Assembly: GCA_035935755.1 (NCBI GenBank)
Contig: DASYWU010000048.1
Span: 78,829 to 142,828, forward strand
DNA: 64,000 nucleotides
Reading direction: 5' to 3'
Source of the DNA: Terracidiphilus sp.
Lineage (GTDB): Bacteria > Acidobacteriota > Terriglobia > Terriglobales > Acidobacteriaceae
The position numbers and the translations under genes were made by a program. The notes under the pieces are model-generated. The model was not told the DNA's origin and did no database searches. It was given only the letters and a program-made list of their open reading frames with translations. Positions 11,063 through 20,032 of the stretch are shown one piece after another. Numbering within the stretch: the stretch's first letter is position 1; every line of letters starts with the position of its first letter.

Positions 11063-11695
11063 TCAGTGACCTGCAGCAGGCCTGGGTGCCGGTGCGGGTG
11101 CATCCGGAACCGCGGCGCCCTGAGCAGCGGGAGCCTGTGCCGGCACCCCGGATTTAGTGTTGTACGCCTGAATCACCGCGTCCGTGATATCCGTACTCTG
11201 CCCCGCAAACAGGACCGGCGTCTGCTGCCCGGAATAATCCAGAACCAGCGTGTACCCATTCTGCTCGGCATAGCTCCGCATCACCTCGTAGACCTTCTGC
11301 GCCAGCGTGCCATACGCCTGGCTCACTTCCTGCTGAAAGTCCGTCCGAGCCTCGTCTGCAGCGCGATTCATTTCCTTCGTCTTGTCGTCGATGCTCTTGG
11401 CCCGCGCCGCCCGTTCCGCGTCGGTCAGTTTCGGCCCGTCCGTCTGCAGTTGCTTGGTCAGAGAGTCCACCTGCGTCTTCAGGGTGTTGATCTGATCCTG
11501 CTTGGGCGTGAACTTCTTCTCTAGATCGGCGAAATTTCTCTGTCCTTCGTTGGTCTTGGCGACAGCCGCCTGAAAGGCAATCACTGCTACCTTACTGGGG
11601 GGCGGATCGCTGCTGGCGGTGGCGGGACTCTGGCCCTGCGCCAGCGGGATCATGCCCGCCGCTGCCAGAGCTGCAATGCTAAGCAAACGCTTCAT
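11063..11695 (-). CDS. skp: OmpH/Skp-family periplasmic chaperone (copy 1)
   Basis: Signal peptide, long coiled-coil-like Q/K/E-rich body, Pro/Ala-rich tail, and a location next to bamA. Confidence 0.8.
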   Translation of the reverse strand: MKRLLSIAALAAAGMIPLAQGQSPATASSDPPPSKVAVIAFQAAVAKTNEGQRNFADLEKKFTPKQDQINTLKTQVDSLTKQLQTDGPKLTDAERAARAKSIDDKTKEMNRAADEARTDFQQEVSQAYGTLAQKVYEVMRSYAEQNGYTLVLDYSGQQTPVLFAGQSTDITDAVIQAYNTKSGVPAQAPAAQGAAVPDAPAPAPRPAAGH

Positions 11696-12023
11696 GTGTC
11701 TCGAAAACTCCTTCGGCTTTCCTGTTCAGTTAACGTATAGACGCGCCCTCACCATTTCTGTGCGCCTTGCGCATATGGCCGGACGGCCCCACGAGCGAGC
11801 CCATACATCCTGAGAATCCTCGCCATCCTAATTCTTCAGGAACTCGGCTCGGGCAGGAGCAGAGACAGGAAAAGCTACGAATGGTGACTTCAGCAGGAAC
11901 TAGCACGGATTATATGGAAGCGACGAATCGGGCGTCAATCCACGCCCTGTCGGCATTACCCGCTTGCCGGAAACGCAAATGGCCCCGCCGCAACGGGCGA
12001 GGCCATCGTCAACTTGCTATTTC

Positions 12024-12653
12024 TCAGTGCGTCGCCGGTTTGTGGGTCGCGCCCGGAGCCGCAGGCTTGGGAGCCGCCGTCGGAGCAGGGGCCTGAGGCG
12101 GAGGAGCCGGAATCCCCGACTTCACGTTGTAAGCGTCTACCACGGCCTTGGTAATATCCGTCGCCGGATTCCAGTAGAGCACATCCGGCGCCTGCTGCTG
12201 CGATTGCGTCGCGTCCAGCACCACCGTGTAGCCGTGCTCCCGGGCATAGGCCTGCAACTCCGCGCCGACTTTCTGCGCCATGCTGTTGAGCATGTCCTGC
12301 ATGTCGGACTGGTAATCGCTCTGGTCGTCGTCCTGCATCCGCTTCGCCTGGCGCTGCTTGTCCTGTATGGCCTGGGCGCGGGACTGCTGCTGCTCCTGGC
12401 TCAGCGTCGAGGCCTGCGACTGCAGCTCCTTGGTCAGGCTCTCGATCTGGGTATTGAGCGTCTGCAGCTCCTGGCGCTTGGGATCGTACTTTTTCTGCAG
12501 ATCCGCATAATTGCGCTGGAATTCATTGGTCTGCGTGACCGCCAGCTGGAACTGAATCACAGCGATTTTGCTGGGCGCGGTGGCCGTCTGGGCGTGAACT
12601 GCCACGGCGCATGCCATGGCCGAGATAACTGCAAATGCGAGCGTACGCTTCAT
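12024..12653 (-). CDS. skp: OmpH/Skp-family periplasmic chaperone (copy 2)
   Basis: Same architecture as copy 1, with alignable motifs (IAVI.FQ.AV..TNE.QRN.ADL.KK..PK). Confidence 0.8.
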   Translation of the reverse strand: MKRTLAFAVISAMACAVAVHAQTATAPSKIAVIQFQLAVTQTNEFQRNYADLQKKYDPKRQELQTLNTQIESLTKELQSQASTLSQEQQQSRAQAIQDKQRQAKRMQDDDQSDYQSDMQDMLNSMAQKVGAELQAYAREHGYTVVLDATQSQQQAPDVLYWNPATDITKAVVDAYNVKSGIPAPPPQAPAPTAAPKPAAPGATHKPATH

Positions 12654-12914
12654 AGGAACGGAAAAACTCCTTCAGATCACCCGTGCGGCTGTTCGGGTTC
12701 CGGCGCTGGTTCTGGCGCGCTTTCACCACAGATCCTGACGGCGGTCCCTTGGCGTTCTCTCCCCAGCCAGGGCGAAACCTCTGCCTTCGCGCAACCCAAG
12801 CGGCGCGAACGGAATCATCGCCAGGAACACAAGGGGATTATATAAGCGCCCACGGTAACAGCGTCAATCGCCGCACCAGGCGCCAACGCCATCCAGTGCA
12901 GCCCGCGCTATGCA

Positions 12915-13556
12915 TCAGGGCCGCAAGTGAGTGTGAAGGATTCCAAAACGCTGGACCAAAGCGGTTCCCAGTCCAACCAGTTCCAGAAGCAGAAGCACGG
13001 ACGCCAGTGCGAAGAAGGGAATCTGGATCTTCGGCCAGAGCTTCGCCGGAAGCTGGTCGGAGAACTTGTCGGCCAAAGTTTCATTGAACCGCGTCGGCCT
13101 GTCCTCGTTTTCATCCAGCGGCTTCCACTCCGATGCCAGAAATGCAGCTCGCACATTGGAGAGGAGCACGCCGGCGATAATCACCGCAATCACGCCGGGA
13201 AGCCGTCCCATGGCCAGCGTTCCCAGCATTCCTGCAAAGTACACACTGAAGACCATTGCCGCGGCCGGCCAATTCGCCTCGCGCACGCCCATGGCGCCCA
13301 TCACATAGACGAAGAACGTCACGATCCCGGAAATCATCACGACCGTATTTCCCGTCAATGCCGAAACCGCAAGCTCAAAGACGGCCACCGCGATCAGGAT
13401 CCAGAATCCCTGCTCGCCCAGGTAGTTCACGTCCCACGCGTTCTCCACCGTGGGCCAGAAGATACTCTTCAGCCGCCCGTCAGAGCGTTTGCTCTCGCCG
13501 GACAATCCAAGCGTTTGCATGGCTGCCAGAATGACGCCGCGCAACCCCTGCGTCAA
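12915..13556 (-). CDS. Hypothetical integral membrane protein
   Basis: 213-aa ORF with about 5 hydrophobic helices, located between skp and bamA. No motif recognised. Confidence 0.5.
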   Translation of the reverse strand: MTQGLRGVILAAMQTLGLSGESKRSDGRLKSIFWPTVENAWDVNYLGEQGFWILIAVAVFELAVSALTGNTVVMISGIVTFFVYVMGAMGVREANWPAAAMVFSVYFAGMLGTLAMGRLPGVIAVIIAGVLLSNVRAAFLASEWKPLDENEDRPTRFNETLADKFSDQLPAKLWPKIQIPFFALASVLLLLELVGLGTALVQRFGILHTHLRP

Positions 13557-13650
13557 GCGCCAAGTTCAGATCCGGGCAGATTTTCTGGTTCCACGCAAAA
13601 GCGCGACCGCACTTCTGAACGGCCGCGCTTCAAATGCTGCTGGATTCCAT

Positions 13651-16563
13651 TTAGAACGTCGTCGAAATCGACAGCCGGAATGTCCGGCGCGGCTCGTGGA
13701 ACTGGTAGCGCGAACCGTATGCCTGTACCGCCTGGTTGTACGTGTAATCGCCCGCGCCGCCCGGCGGGAACATGTCGCGCGTGATCAACTCCGCGGTGCA
13801 GCTTCCCTGGTGATTGGAGCCGGCCACGTCGTTGCAGTAAGGCGTCTCGTAAAGCCGCAGCGGGTTATACGCCCAATACAGCCGGAAGGGCGCGTTGATG
13901 ATGGGAACGATGGCCGCGATCTGCGCGCCCACCGACATGCGGGGCACGAGATTCGTTCCTGAGATCGGCCGGATGTTCCTCTGGAACCCGACCTTGGACC
14001 CCGGAATGCCGCCCTGGCAGGCGCCGTTGTTGAACACAGGGCAGCCATAAAGCGGCGCTTCCAGTGAGGCAAATCCCTCGGGACTCTGCTCCAGCTGATT
14101 GTGGCTTATCGCCGAGTCGATTCCGAAATCGTCGAAGAAAGCGAAGGTGAACGGCCCGACTACCGGAATACGGTATTCGAGGTTCGTCTTCATGTCGGCG
14201 TCGCCGCCGATCGAAGCCACGCCATAGATCGGCAACGGCACATCGATGCACTGGTTCAGTTCCGGATTGTTGACGTCGCGCGGAACGCAACTGCCGTCCG
14301 GATTGGTCAGCTGGACAGAAACCCGCGTGGGCACATAGCCGTAGGGCGTGGCCCCGCGAATGTCAAACCCGCGCAGATCGTCCTCGCCGCCATCGTAGAA
14401 CCGGTTTTGCGGAGGCGCCACATCGCCGCCGTACCCTGTCACATAGCCAAGCTGCGCCTTGATGGCAAGAATGTTGCGCCCGTTCGGCCTGAACATCAGG
14501 TAGTGGATCGGCTGGTAGTGCGTGATGGAGACAATCGGCTCCAGGTAGCGCACGTTGCCCCAGATTCCCGACGCCTGGAAGACTGCCGATAACTCCGTCC
14601 CCGTCCGCGGCCGCAGCGGATTGCTGACCGTGTTGTAGGTATAGCTCAGCGAAACCATGCTGCTCTTGATGCCCGAGAGCGGATTGTTGCTCTGCACGCC
14701 GGAGCGGAACGCGATGGTCTGGAAGAACGATTGCGACGCCGAGCTGAACGCCGTAATGTTCGAGTTCGTCCACGAGTAGGTGAAGCCCACCCGCTGGAAC
14801 GAGTGCCGCCGCAGCGGGTAGCTGATGGAGAAATTGATCCCGTCGGAACCCTGGTTATAGTTCTGGATCAGCGACTGCTGCGCCGAGCTCAGGTTGATCT
14901 GCTGCCCCGTCGTCGCCTGGTAATTCTTGGCCGCGTTGAAATCCGTCTTCTGGTTGAAAATCTGGAATCCGAGCTGTATGGGCCGGTTGCGAACGTAGGG
15001 CTGCGTGAATCCGAAAAGAAATTGCCGGCTCAGGTTGCCCAGGTTGGCCTGCAGGCTCAGCGTTTCGCCCAGGCCGAGGAAGTTGTTCGTCTGATAATTG
15101 ACGCCCAGGAACGCGCCTGTCTGCCCGCTGACGCCGCCATTCATGCCGATGGAGTTCTTGCCCTTTTCCTTCACCTTCAGCAGCAGGCGCACCGTCCCGT
15201 TATCGGCGTCCTGAATCGCCTCGGTGTCCTGATCCACCTTGAGCGGATCGAAATACTGCAACTGGTTCAGCCGCATCAGGCTGTATTCCCACAGTTGCGA
15301 GTTATAGATCTGGCCTTCCTGCAGCAGCAGCTCGCGGCGGATGACGCGATCGCGCGTGATGGTATTACCCTGGAACTCGATCCGCGACACGTAAAACTGC
15401 TTGCCTTCGTCGATGTCGATATTCCACGAGACCGTCTTCTTCTGGTCGTCGAACTTGGGCACCGGAACCGCGCCAAAGTTGATATACCCATCGGCGCCGT
15501 AGGCCTTCTTCAGATTGTCCAGCCCCTTCCCCATGCCCGTGGCATTGAAGTAGTCACCATCTTTCATTGGGAAGAGCGCGCGCAGCGCCTTGGGATTAAA
15601 GCGCGGATTGACGCCGCTGAAGGTGATCGTGCCCAGCCGGTACCGCGCGCCTTCCTCGATGGGCAGCAGAATGTCGATGCGCTTACCCTTGCGCGGCCGG
15701 AAGGTGAACCAGTTCAGTCCGCCCTGGTCGCGGATCTGCGTCACCGGCTGCTCCACCGCTGCGTTGGCGTAGCCCTTGTCGCGATACACCTGGCGCACCA
15801 GCTCCGTGTCCATCTCCAGCTTCGACGAGTCGTAAGTCTGGGCAAACAGATTCTCAAAGATCAGCGAATAAGGAATGCCGATCGGCTTCAGCCCCCGCAT
15901 CGCCCGGCGCAGCGTCCGCGAGCTGATATGCGGGTTCCCGGTGAACTTGATCTTGCCCACCTTCACCACCGGGCCTTCCTTGATGTTGAAGACAATCTGT
16001 ACCGACGCCGGCGGGATATTCTTCACGTCCGCCTTCACCGTCGCAAACTGGTGCCCGTGCTCGGACAGCATCTCCTTGATGACCGCCTCGGCGTGCGCCA
16101 CTTTGGCGTTGTCATACTGGCTCTCCTCGGTCAGATCCACCTTCTCCTTCTTGTAGCGCGTCAGCAGGTCCGATTGCGTGACCGAGTTCAATCCCTTATA
16201 TGTGATGTCGCGAACGGTCGGGTTCTCTTTGACAAAAACATTCAGGATGATTCCCCTTACCGTGTCCTCGCGCGTGAAATAGAGATTCTGAAAATAGCCG
16301 GTATTCCAGAGCGAGTTGAAATCGCGCTCGATCTGCACCGGGTCCCACATGTCGCCTTCATGGGTGAACATGCGCGCAATGATCGTTTCTCTGGGAATGC
16401 GCCGGTTGCCGATCACGCGAATCTGGTAAATGGTCTGCGGGGTGGCCGTCTGCGCCGACTGCGCAGGCGTCGGCGCCGGCGCCTGGGCCAGCGCGCTTCC
16501 CATACCAAAACCCATCACCAGCAGAAGAAGGAATGCGCTTGTCGTCCGCACCAGGCGGGCCAT
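13651..16563 (-). CDS. bamA: Outer membrane protein assembly factor BamA
   Basis: Signal peptide (start chosen at MARLVRTTSAFLLLL), POTRA-like repeats, a large C-terminal beta-barrel ending in ...SISTTF, and skp synteny. Confidence 0.9.
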   Translation of the reverse strand: MARLVRTTSAFLLLLVMGFGMGSALAQAPAPTPAQSAQTATPQTIYQIRVIGNRRIPRETIIARMFTHEGDMWDPVQIERDFNSLWNTGYFQNLYFTREDTVRGIILNVFVKENPTVRDITYKGLNSVTQSDLLTRYKKEKVDLTEESQYDNAKVAHAEAVIKEMLSEHGHQFATVKADVKNIPPASVQIVFNIKEGPVVKVGKIKFTGNPHISSRTLRRAMRGLKPIGIPYSLIFENLFAQTYDSSKLEMDTELVRQVYRDKGYANAAVEQPVTQIRDQGGLNWFTFRPRKGKRIDILLPIEEGARYRLGTITFSGVNPRFNPKALRALFPMKDGDYFNATGMGKGLDNLKKAYGADGYINFGAVPVPKFDDQKKTVSWNIDIDEGKQFYVSRIEFQGNTITRDRVIRRELLLQEGQIYNSQLWEYSLMRLNQLQYFDPLKVDQDTEAIQDADNGTVRLLLKVKEKGKNSIGMNGGVSGQTGAFLGVNYQTNNFLGLGETLSLQANLGNLSRQFLFGFTQPYVRNRPIQLGFQIFNQKTDFNAAKNYQATTGQQINLSSAQQSLIQNYNQGSDGINFSISYPLRRHSFQRVGFTYSWTNSNITAFSSASQSFFQTIAFRSGVQSNNPLSGIKSSMVSLSYTYNTVSNPLRPRTGTELSAVFQASGIWGNVRYLEPIVSITHYQPIHYLMFRPNGRNILAIKAQLGYVTGYGGDVAPPQNRFYDGGEDDLRGFDIRGATPYGYVPTRVSVQLTNPDGSCVPRDVNNPELNQCIDVPLPIYGVASIGGDADMKTNLEYRIPVVGPFTFAFFDDFGIDSAISHNQLEQSPEGFASLEAPLYGCPVFNNGACQGGIPGSKVGFQRNIRPISGTNLVPRMSVGAQIAAIVPIINAPFRLYWAYNPLRLYETPYCNDVAGSNHQGSCTAELITRDMFPPGGAGDYTYNQAVQAYGSRYQFHEPRRTFRLSISTTF

Positions 16564-16930
16564 GGAAGTGTGCTTGATCTTCACCGGGCTTGGGTCCTTC
16601 GGCGAGCACAAGTTCTGGTGCGGTCCATAGTTCGGCTTAACGGGAAGAATATGCACACCCTCACTGCTGAAAATCTGTCCTGCATCGAGGAAAGATGATT
16701 ATATTGGACCGCGGTCACCCCGCCCAAACGCAGGATCCGCCTTGGGCCCGCAATCCGAGCCTTCCTCTCACTGCCCCGGCATGGGCTGGCCTCACCGGCT
16801 GCTCATTCCACAGTTTATCGGAACGAAACGGCTCAATGCCGTCCTTGCTTCCACCCTGCCTGTTGCGGCATTCTTCTTAGACGCGCTCGGCGTGCGCTGG
16901 GCACCCGATGCATGCGCAGGTTTTCCACCG

Positions 16931-17440
16931 ATGGCGCAATCGCCACAAACCCTCTACGGCTTCACCGCGCGCCTCCTCGACGGCAGCGAAGTCTCGCTCG
17001 ACACTTTTCGCGGCCGCGTCCTGCTCATCGTCAACACCGCCAGCCAGTGCGGCTTCACGCCGCAGTACGCCGGCCTCGAATCTCTCTATCGCACATATAA
17101 GGACCGCGGCCTTACCGTGCTCGGCTTCCCCTCGAACCAGTTCGGCAAACAGGAGCCCGGCGGCGCCGAAGAGATCGGCGCCTTCTGCGAGAAAAATTAC
17201 GGCGTCAGTTTTCCCATGTTCTCGAAGATCGAAGTCAACGGTCCCGCCGCCCATCCTCTCTACAAATTTCTCAAGATGCAGCAGCCGGGACTCCTCGGCC
17301 TCGTCGGCGCCAGCGGCATCAAATGGAACTTCACCAAGTTCCTCGCCGACCGCAACGGCAAAGTCGTCGCGCGCTATGGCCCCTCCACCGAACCCAAAGC
17401 CCTCATTCCCGCCATCGAGCGCCTGCTCGCCCAGGCGTAG
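16931..17440 (+). CDS. Glutathione peroxidase (Cys type)
   Basis: LIVNTASQCGFTPQY active-site motif, FPSNQFG and WNFTKFL motifs. I chose the start at MAQSPQTLYGF rather than the upstream ORF-track start. Confidence 0.9.
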   Translation: MAQSPQTLYGFTARLLDGSEVSLDTFRGRVLLIVNTASQCGFTPQYAGLESLYRTYKDRGLTVLGFPSNQFGKQEPGGAEEIGAFCEKNYGVSFPMFSKIEVNGPAAHPLYKFLKMQQPGLLGLVGASGIKWNFTKFLADRNGKVVARYGPSTEPKALIPAIERLLAQA

Positions 17441-17491
17441 CTATGCGCCGGCTCCATTCCGGCCGCTGAGTACCGGTAAGAGGAATCTGGC

Positions 17492-17497
17492 TATAAT
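17492..17497 (+). promoter_or_regulatory. Candidate -10 box (TATAAT) for vapBC module 1
   Basis: Perfect TATAAT 19 nt upstream of the GTG start, with a GGAGG ribosome-binding site in between. The -35 element is weak. Confidence 0.4.
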
Positions 17498-17515
17498 GTA
17501 AGGCGGAGGTAAGCT

Positions 17516-17791
17516 GTGGAATCGGATATTCCTTACATCCCGGCCACCGCGGTGGAGGCCACCGTCACTTCCAAAGGGCAGGTGACGCTTCCCAAAGCGC
17601 TTCGCGATCACCTTGGCATTCAGACTGGAAGTCGAATCCGGTTCAGCCTCGCCCCGAATGGCGGATTCCAGGCTTCGCACGTGCTTTATGAGCTTGAAGA
17701 TCTTTGGAAGATGACGGATCAACCTGGAAGAACCAAAGACGTCATGACGTTTGACGAAATGAATGAAGCCAAGGCCCGGAGAAGCTGGTGA
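17516..17791 (+). CDS. vapB: AbrB/SpoVT-domain antitoxin (VapB-type)
   Basis: SpoVT-AbrB motif SKGQVTLPKALRDHLGI. 91 aa. Its stop overlaps the downstream PIN gene. Confidence 0.8.
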   Translation: MESDIPYIPATAVEATVTSKGQVTLPKALRDHLGIQTGSRIRFSLAPNGGFQASHVLYELEDLWKMTDQPGRTKDVMTFDEMNEAKARRSW

Positions 17792-18180
17792 TGGTTGTCG
17801 CCGACACCAATCTCTGGGCGCGAGCCTTTCTGAACGATGACGCCTCTCAGTCGCGCAAAGCGCGCAAAGCACTGGCGGAAGCACGCTCCAAAGGCGGCGT
17901 GTTCGTGCCTTTGATCGTTTTGGCTGAATTGGCCTGGGTCCTGCGCGGAAGATGGGAAAGGGACCGGGTCCTATCCATGCTGGAAAGCCTGCTTCTAACG
18001 CGCGGCGTCACCGTGGAATCGCCCGCGCTGGCCTTCAATGCTCTGAAAGCCACCCGTGGCGGCCAGGGCGGGTTCGCCGACCACCTCATCGCCGAGGTAG
18101 GCTTCGCCAACGGTGCGAAACAGGTGTTGACCTTCGACGACAAATTCTCCAAATCCCCCAGGATCAGGCGAGTCAGGTAG
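17788..18180 (+). CDS. vapC: PIN-domain toxin (VapC)
   Basis: Acidic PIN residues in VADTN, LAELAW, FADHL and TFDDKF. 130 aa. 4-nt overlap with the antitoxin gene. Confidence 0.85.
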   Translation: MMVVADTNLWARAFLNDDASQSRKARKALAEARSKGGVFVPLIVLAELAWVLRGRWERDRVLSMLESLLLTRGVTVESPALAFNALKATRGGQGGFADHLIAEVGFANGAKQVLTFDDKFSKSPRIRRVR

Positions 18181-18332
18181 GCCGATCGAAGCCGTGGCCC
18201 CTTCCACTCCGGGTCCATGTAACACCCTCAGCGACGACTCGGCAGAGATAAGTGTTGCTGGCCCTTCGGGAGGTTCGCTATTGACTCTCCCAAGTGGTCA
18301 TAATATTCTGGTCACATTGAAAGGAGTTTCTC

Positions 18333-18560
18333 ATGCGCAAGATGGCTGCCGCGCAATTCAAAGCCAAGTGTCTGGCGGTGATGGATCACGTATCGCAGAG
18401 CGGCCGTCCCGTGGTGATCACCAAGCACGGCAAACCCGTTGTGAAAGTGGTCCCTGCTGGTGAATCCGAAGACGACATTTTCGGAGCTCTTTCAGACATC
18501 GCCAGAATTAAGGGTGATATTGAGAACACGGTTCCGGCCGGCGATTGGGGAGTGGAATGA
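18333..18560 (+). CDS. Phd/YefM-family antitoxin
   Basis: 75 aa. KAKCLAVMDHV..GRPVVITKHGKPVVKVVP is a typical Phd/YefM N-terminal fold signature. Confidence 0.8.
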   Translation: MRKMAAAQFKAKCLAVMDHVSQSGRPVVITKHGKPVVKVVPAGESEDDIFGALSDIARIKGDIENTVPAGDWGVE

Positions 18561-18946
18561 TTCTTCTCGACACTCACATCCTGATCTGGCTTCTCATCGC
18601 TCCGGACAAACTCTCGTCGAAAGCCAGTAAAGCGATCGTGGCGGCCCGCAAGTCCGGGCCGCTCGCTCTTTCTGCTATCAGTTTGTGGGAAATTGCATGG
18701 CTGGCAGAGAACAAGAGGATCGACATCGATGTCAGCGTCGAGTCCTTCGTCAAAAAATGCGCTTCCTACGTGGAGGTTCTCCCCATCACTTCGGAGATTG
18801 CGGTTCGTTCTGTTCAGTTCCCGGATTCTTATCCGAAGGATCCGCAGGACAGGATGATTGGAGCTACCGCCATCGTGGAAGGCATTCGCCTTCTGACCCA
18901 TGATAAACACATCGCAAATTCCGGCCTGGTTCCATTGGCAATTTGA
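18557..18946 (+). CDS. vapC: PIN-domain toxin (VapC)
   Basis: MILLDTHILIW.., SLWEIAW, DPQDRMI and THDK motifs. ATGA start/stop overlap with the antitoxin gene. Confidence 0.85.
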   Translation: MILLDTHILIWLLIAPDKLSSKASKAIVAARKSGPLALSAISLWEIAWLAENKRIDIDVSVESFVKKCASYVEVLPITSEIAVRSVQFPDSYPKDPQDRMIGATAIVEGIRLLTHDKHIANSGLVPLAI

Positions 18947-18972
18947 GCGCCAGACCTTCCTTCACCCCGCAA

Positions 18973-18991
18973 CATGGCTATAATAGCCATG
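18973..18991 (+). promoter_or_regulatory. Perfect 19-bp palindrome CATGGCTATAATAGCCATG containing a TATAAT box (promoter/operator of vapBC module 3)
   Basis: 9-bp arms around a central A. The embedded TATAAT is at 18979-18984, and the ATG of the antitoxin is at 19002. Confidence 0.55.
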
Positions 18992-19001
18992 AAGGTGAAC
19001 C

Positions 19002-19292
19002 ATGCGCAGTGTCAACGTCGCGGTACTCAAAAACCAGTTGAGCAAGTATCTGACCTTCGCCAAAAGCGGGGAAGAAATTGTGATTCGCGATCGCAATCTT
19101 CCCGTAGCCAAGCTCATCCCCTTCTCCACCGATGATGCCAGCGAGGAAGAGCTTCTGCTGGTTGCCGCAGGCAAAATGCGGTTGCCCAAAGAATCCGCGG
19201 ATTTAGAAAAGCTCCTGAAAATTCCCTCGGGACGCACCATGGGTCGTGACGTCACGAGAGCTCTACTCGACGAGCGGGAGCAGTCGCGATGA
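19002..19292 (+). CDS. Phd/YefM-type antitoxin
   Basis: 96 aa. N-terminal VNVAVLKNQLSKYL...GEEIVIRDRNLPVAKLIP. Overlaps the downstream PIN gene. Confidence 0.75.
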   Translation: MRSVNVAVLKNQLSKYLTFAKSGEEIVIRDRNLPVAKLIPFSTDDASEEELLLVAAGKMRLPKESADLEKLLKIPSGRTMGRDVTRALLDEREQSR

Positions 19293-19723
19293 AGAAAGCA
19301 GCGGCGTTTTGGGATGCGAGCGCCCTGGTGCCGCTTTGCGTCAACGAGACCACCAGTCGCGATGCGCACGCGCAGTTGAAGGTGTTCTTACCGGTGGTTT
19401 GGTGGGGTACCCTGGTCGAAATTCACAGCGCCATCCGGCGCGGCCACCTTCTCGGGAAGCTGAACGATCAGGAGAAAGCGAAAGCTCTTGCTCGATTGTT
19501 ATTGTTATCCCGCGGGTGGAGAGAGATATTGCCGGACGACCCGCTGCGAGATTTGGCCCGTCAACTACTCGACGCGCATGACCTGCGTGCTGCCGATAGC
19601 CTCCAGCTCGCCGCAGCTCTTGTCTGGTGTCAGCACCGACCTGCGAGGAGGAATTTCCTTTCCGCCGATCGTCGCCTTTCCGAGAGCGCGAGAGCTCAAG
19701 GGTTTTCCGTCATTGAAGTCTAG
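19289..19723 (+). CDS. vapC: PIN-domain toxin (VapC)
   Basis: WDASAL, VEI, AADSLQLA and SADRRL acidic-residue motifs. 144 aa. 4-nt overlap with the antitoxin gene. Confidence 0.8.
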   Translation: MKKAAAFWDASALVPLCVNETTSRDAHAQLKVFLPVVWWGTLVEIHSAIRRGHLLGKLNDQEKAKALARLLLLSRGWREILPDDPLRDLARQLLDAHDLRAADSLQLAAALVWCQHRPARRNFLSADRRLSESARAQGFSVIEV

Positions 19724-20032
19724 GCGTTTTCGGAATCCGCCTCATGTCCACCAATCCGCCCCCACCCCCAAAAATGTGTCTTTTCCCCTCCCCGCACCGT
19801 CATAAACGTATACGGCGTTCTTCGCCGTCTCCGTCATTTACCATTGAGTTAACCTCAACGCCCGCCGGATCGGGTTCCGGCCCGAACGCCTCCACGTTCT
19901 CATGACCCGATGAACCGGTTCACTCCGGGCCGGCGCTGTTGTTGGCTCCCGCTCATTGCCTAGAGCCACGCGGATGCCGGCCGCGGTCCAGAGCGTCACG
20001 ATGAATCAGGTTCAGGAGCGACGACCAGCCCT

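Noticed and set aside
14731-16698. 655-aa plus-strand ORF
   Set aside because: Antisense to bamA. The minus-strand product has clear POTRA/barrel features, while this translation is Arg/Leu/His-rich with no recognisable motif.
16931-17440. Possible selenocysteine in glutathione peroxidase
   Set aside because: The active-site residue is encoded as Cys (SQCGFT), with no in-frame TGA.
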